Positions 61,693 through 64,000 of a stretch of DNA of 64,000 nt are shown here, one piece after another (position 1 is the first letter of the stretch; each line of letters opens with the position of its first letter). The DNA comes from the human T2T-CHM13v2.0 reference genome, Homo sapiens. The position numbers were made by a program, and so were the translations under genes. The notes under the pieces are model-generated. The model saw only the letters and a program-made list of their open reading frames with translations. It did not search any database and was not told the DNA's origin. The DNA lies in NCBI RefSeq assembly GCF_009914755.1, contig NC_060928.1, one strand, 5' to 3'.

Positions 61693-62185
61693 CAGGATTT
61701 TCCAACCTCACTCCTATGGACATTTTTACCTAGATAATTTTTTGTTGTGGGGAGTCTGTCCTATGTATTGTAGGATGTTTAGCAACATTCAGGGCCTCTA
61801 CTTAATTTTTAAAAAATTTATAAAGAAAAGAAGTTTAATTGACTCATGGTTCTACATGGCTGAGGAGGCCTCAGGAAACTTACAATCATGGCAGAAGGTG
61901 AAGTGGAAGCAAGGCACATCTTACATGGTAGCAGGAGAGAGAGAGAGATGAAGGGAGGAAGTACCACACTTTAAAACCATCAGCCCTTGTGAGAACTCAC
62001 TCACTATTAGGAGAATAGCAAGGGAAAAATCCACTCTGTGATCCCATCATCTCCCACCAAGGGCCTCTACTTACAAGATGCCATGGGTAGAGGCATTTCT
62101 GTTGCAGTTATGACATCAAAAAATGTCACCAACCATTGCCAAATGTCCCTTGGAGGGCAAAAGCACTTCCAGTTGAGAACTACTG
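61693..62185 (-). mobile_element. MER20, interrupted by an MSTA fragment
   Basis: Ends gttgagaactactg; cattgccaaatgtccc; 8-bp TSD gtttaaag/ggttaaag. Confidence 0.85.
61805..62059 (-). mobile_element. MSTA LTR fragment lacking both termini
   Basis: gaggcctcaggaaacttacaatcatggcagaagg; flanked by perfect 14-bp direct repeats agggcctctactta. Confidence 0.88.
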
Positions 62186-63473
62186 GGTTAAAGCTTAAAC
62201 AAATCTTGGCTCATGGTTTCTTTGGCAATACCATTCCCTCAAAATCTTATTAGGCTTCTGATCTATATGCTTCCAGTCAGTTCCATGACCAGTAACCATG
62301 GTCAAAATTGTTTTCTAAACAAGAATGTTCTCGTCTAATTTATTTCTTTGCCTCCAAATGTTTTGCTACCACATAACATGATCTTCATCTTTATAGCTTC
62401 AAAAATCATTTTTTTAAATCACTTGTCACTCACCACTAATTGAGCAGTGGGTACAAGGAAGCTGATTCTGGAGACTGGAAAGACTCGCGTAGTGACCAAA
62501 CACCTGCGATGGCTTAAAAGGAAGACCACTAAACAAGGCCACAAATTTTAGATTTATGTTACAACAGCATACCACTTTAAGTATAAACTTCTACATTAGT
62601 TAAAGGACTGTTACAGAACTGGTCCGCTACAGAGTATAGATTTTCCTATTGGTAAGGTATAAAATTAGGCCAAAGGTCTTTTTTCCTGGCCCCCTTTTCT
62701 TCTTGTTTCTCAATGAGTAGCTGCAATAGCTTGTTCAGTGCTGGATTAGCTACCTCTTGGCTTGGAAGAGAAGCGGGAGCTGAGTTTTGGAGCTATGTGG
62801 AGGTCAGAGAAGAATGGATGTCTGGAGAGGGAAAAAGCTCACAGTGGCAGAGGAGGTGAAACTGGAGGTAGCCTGGGGGAGCTCCTGGAATGGCCTGCTG
62901 ATTTCTGGGGTTTGGTGTGGGTGAGATTGCACAGACCAAGTTCATTCAAAAGGGCCAGAGTGGTATGAACACCATGAAAACCCCGAGACGGTTCACGAAT
63001 CTGAATACTTGAGTAAGCCACATAAGCTTTGGTTTCTCAGCTTCCAACATCCCATTTAAAATTTGTGTATGTATTTTAGGTTCAGTGAAGAGGAAACAAA
63101 AATAATTAATATTTCATCCTTGCTAAACAAATAATAAAAAATGAAACAAGGTAAAATATCTAAAATGAAACAAGGTAAACTATTCATCAGGGAAATGCTA
63201 AATATACAATGATATACTAGAGAAATGCTAAATATACTAGTGATATACTAGAGTTTCTTATACTAGAGAAAAGTATGCCATAGTTTAACTCATGTGTACA
63301 GTGTAAAAACATTTACTCAAAAAGAAAATCCCCACAACAATGCCATATGCTGAGTCTGAGGATGTAGTTATATAATGCATATAATATATAAATGCATAGA
63401 AAGAAGTTTATGGACTGATAACTATGGCTGAGCTGGGAGAAGAAGGAGGGGGTGGTGACATGGATTAGAGTGA

Positions 63474-63855
<382 letters not shown>

Positions 63856-64000
63856 CACTGAAGGGATTTCAATGCAACAGTCTTTCCAGAAGAGGATGTA
63901 AACCAAATTTGATAAAAATTAAAAGAATGAGATAGGTCTGTTTGCATGGATAGATGCTGGTATAAGTTTTGCATAAAAAACACAACTGAAATCATCTGTA

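Noticed and set aside
62640-62670. Reverse CCAAT plus TATAAA pair considered as a promoter
   Set aside because: Spacing too short, no CpG island or downstream exon support; such motifs are frequent by chance

Overview
This 64-kb window is primate (very probably human) non-coding genomic DNA dominated by transposable-element relics. It holds about 35 Alu/FLAM/FRAM SINEs (many with readable target-site duplications), old L1, L2, CR1 and MIR fragments, MaLR LTRs (MLT1, MST, THE1), ERV1 LTRs (MER61 plus internal sequence, MER41A, LTR8), ERVL LTRs (LTR16, LTR33) and hAT/mariner relics (MER1B, MER20 x3, MER3, MER5, MADE2). The only gene-derived sequence I recognise is a disabled processed pseudogene of ATP5MG/ATP5L (ATP synthase subunit g; minus strand, ~25379-26146). 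I see no intact protein-coding gene, RNA gene, CRISPR array or CpG island, and essentially all six-frame ORFs are Alu-derived, low-complexity or chance ORFs. I found no convincing new biological system. The best second-look items are: an LTR fragment apparently retrotransposed by L1 machinery (14-bp TSD), several template-switch or fold-back scars, a candidate minus-strand lncRNA terminal exon, a strong CTCF motif and a few candidate enhancer motif clusters. Repeat subfamily names come from recalled consensus sequences, boundaries are by eye, and both need RepeatMasker/Dfam confirmation.
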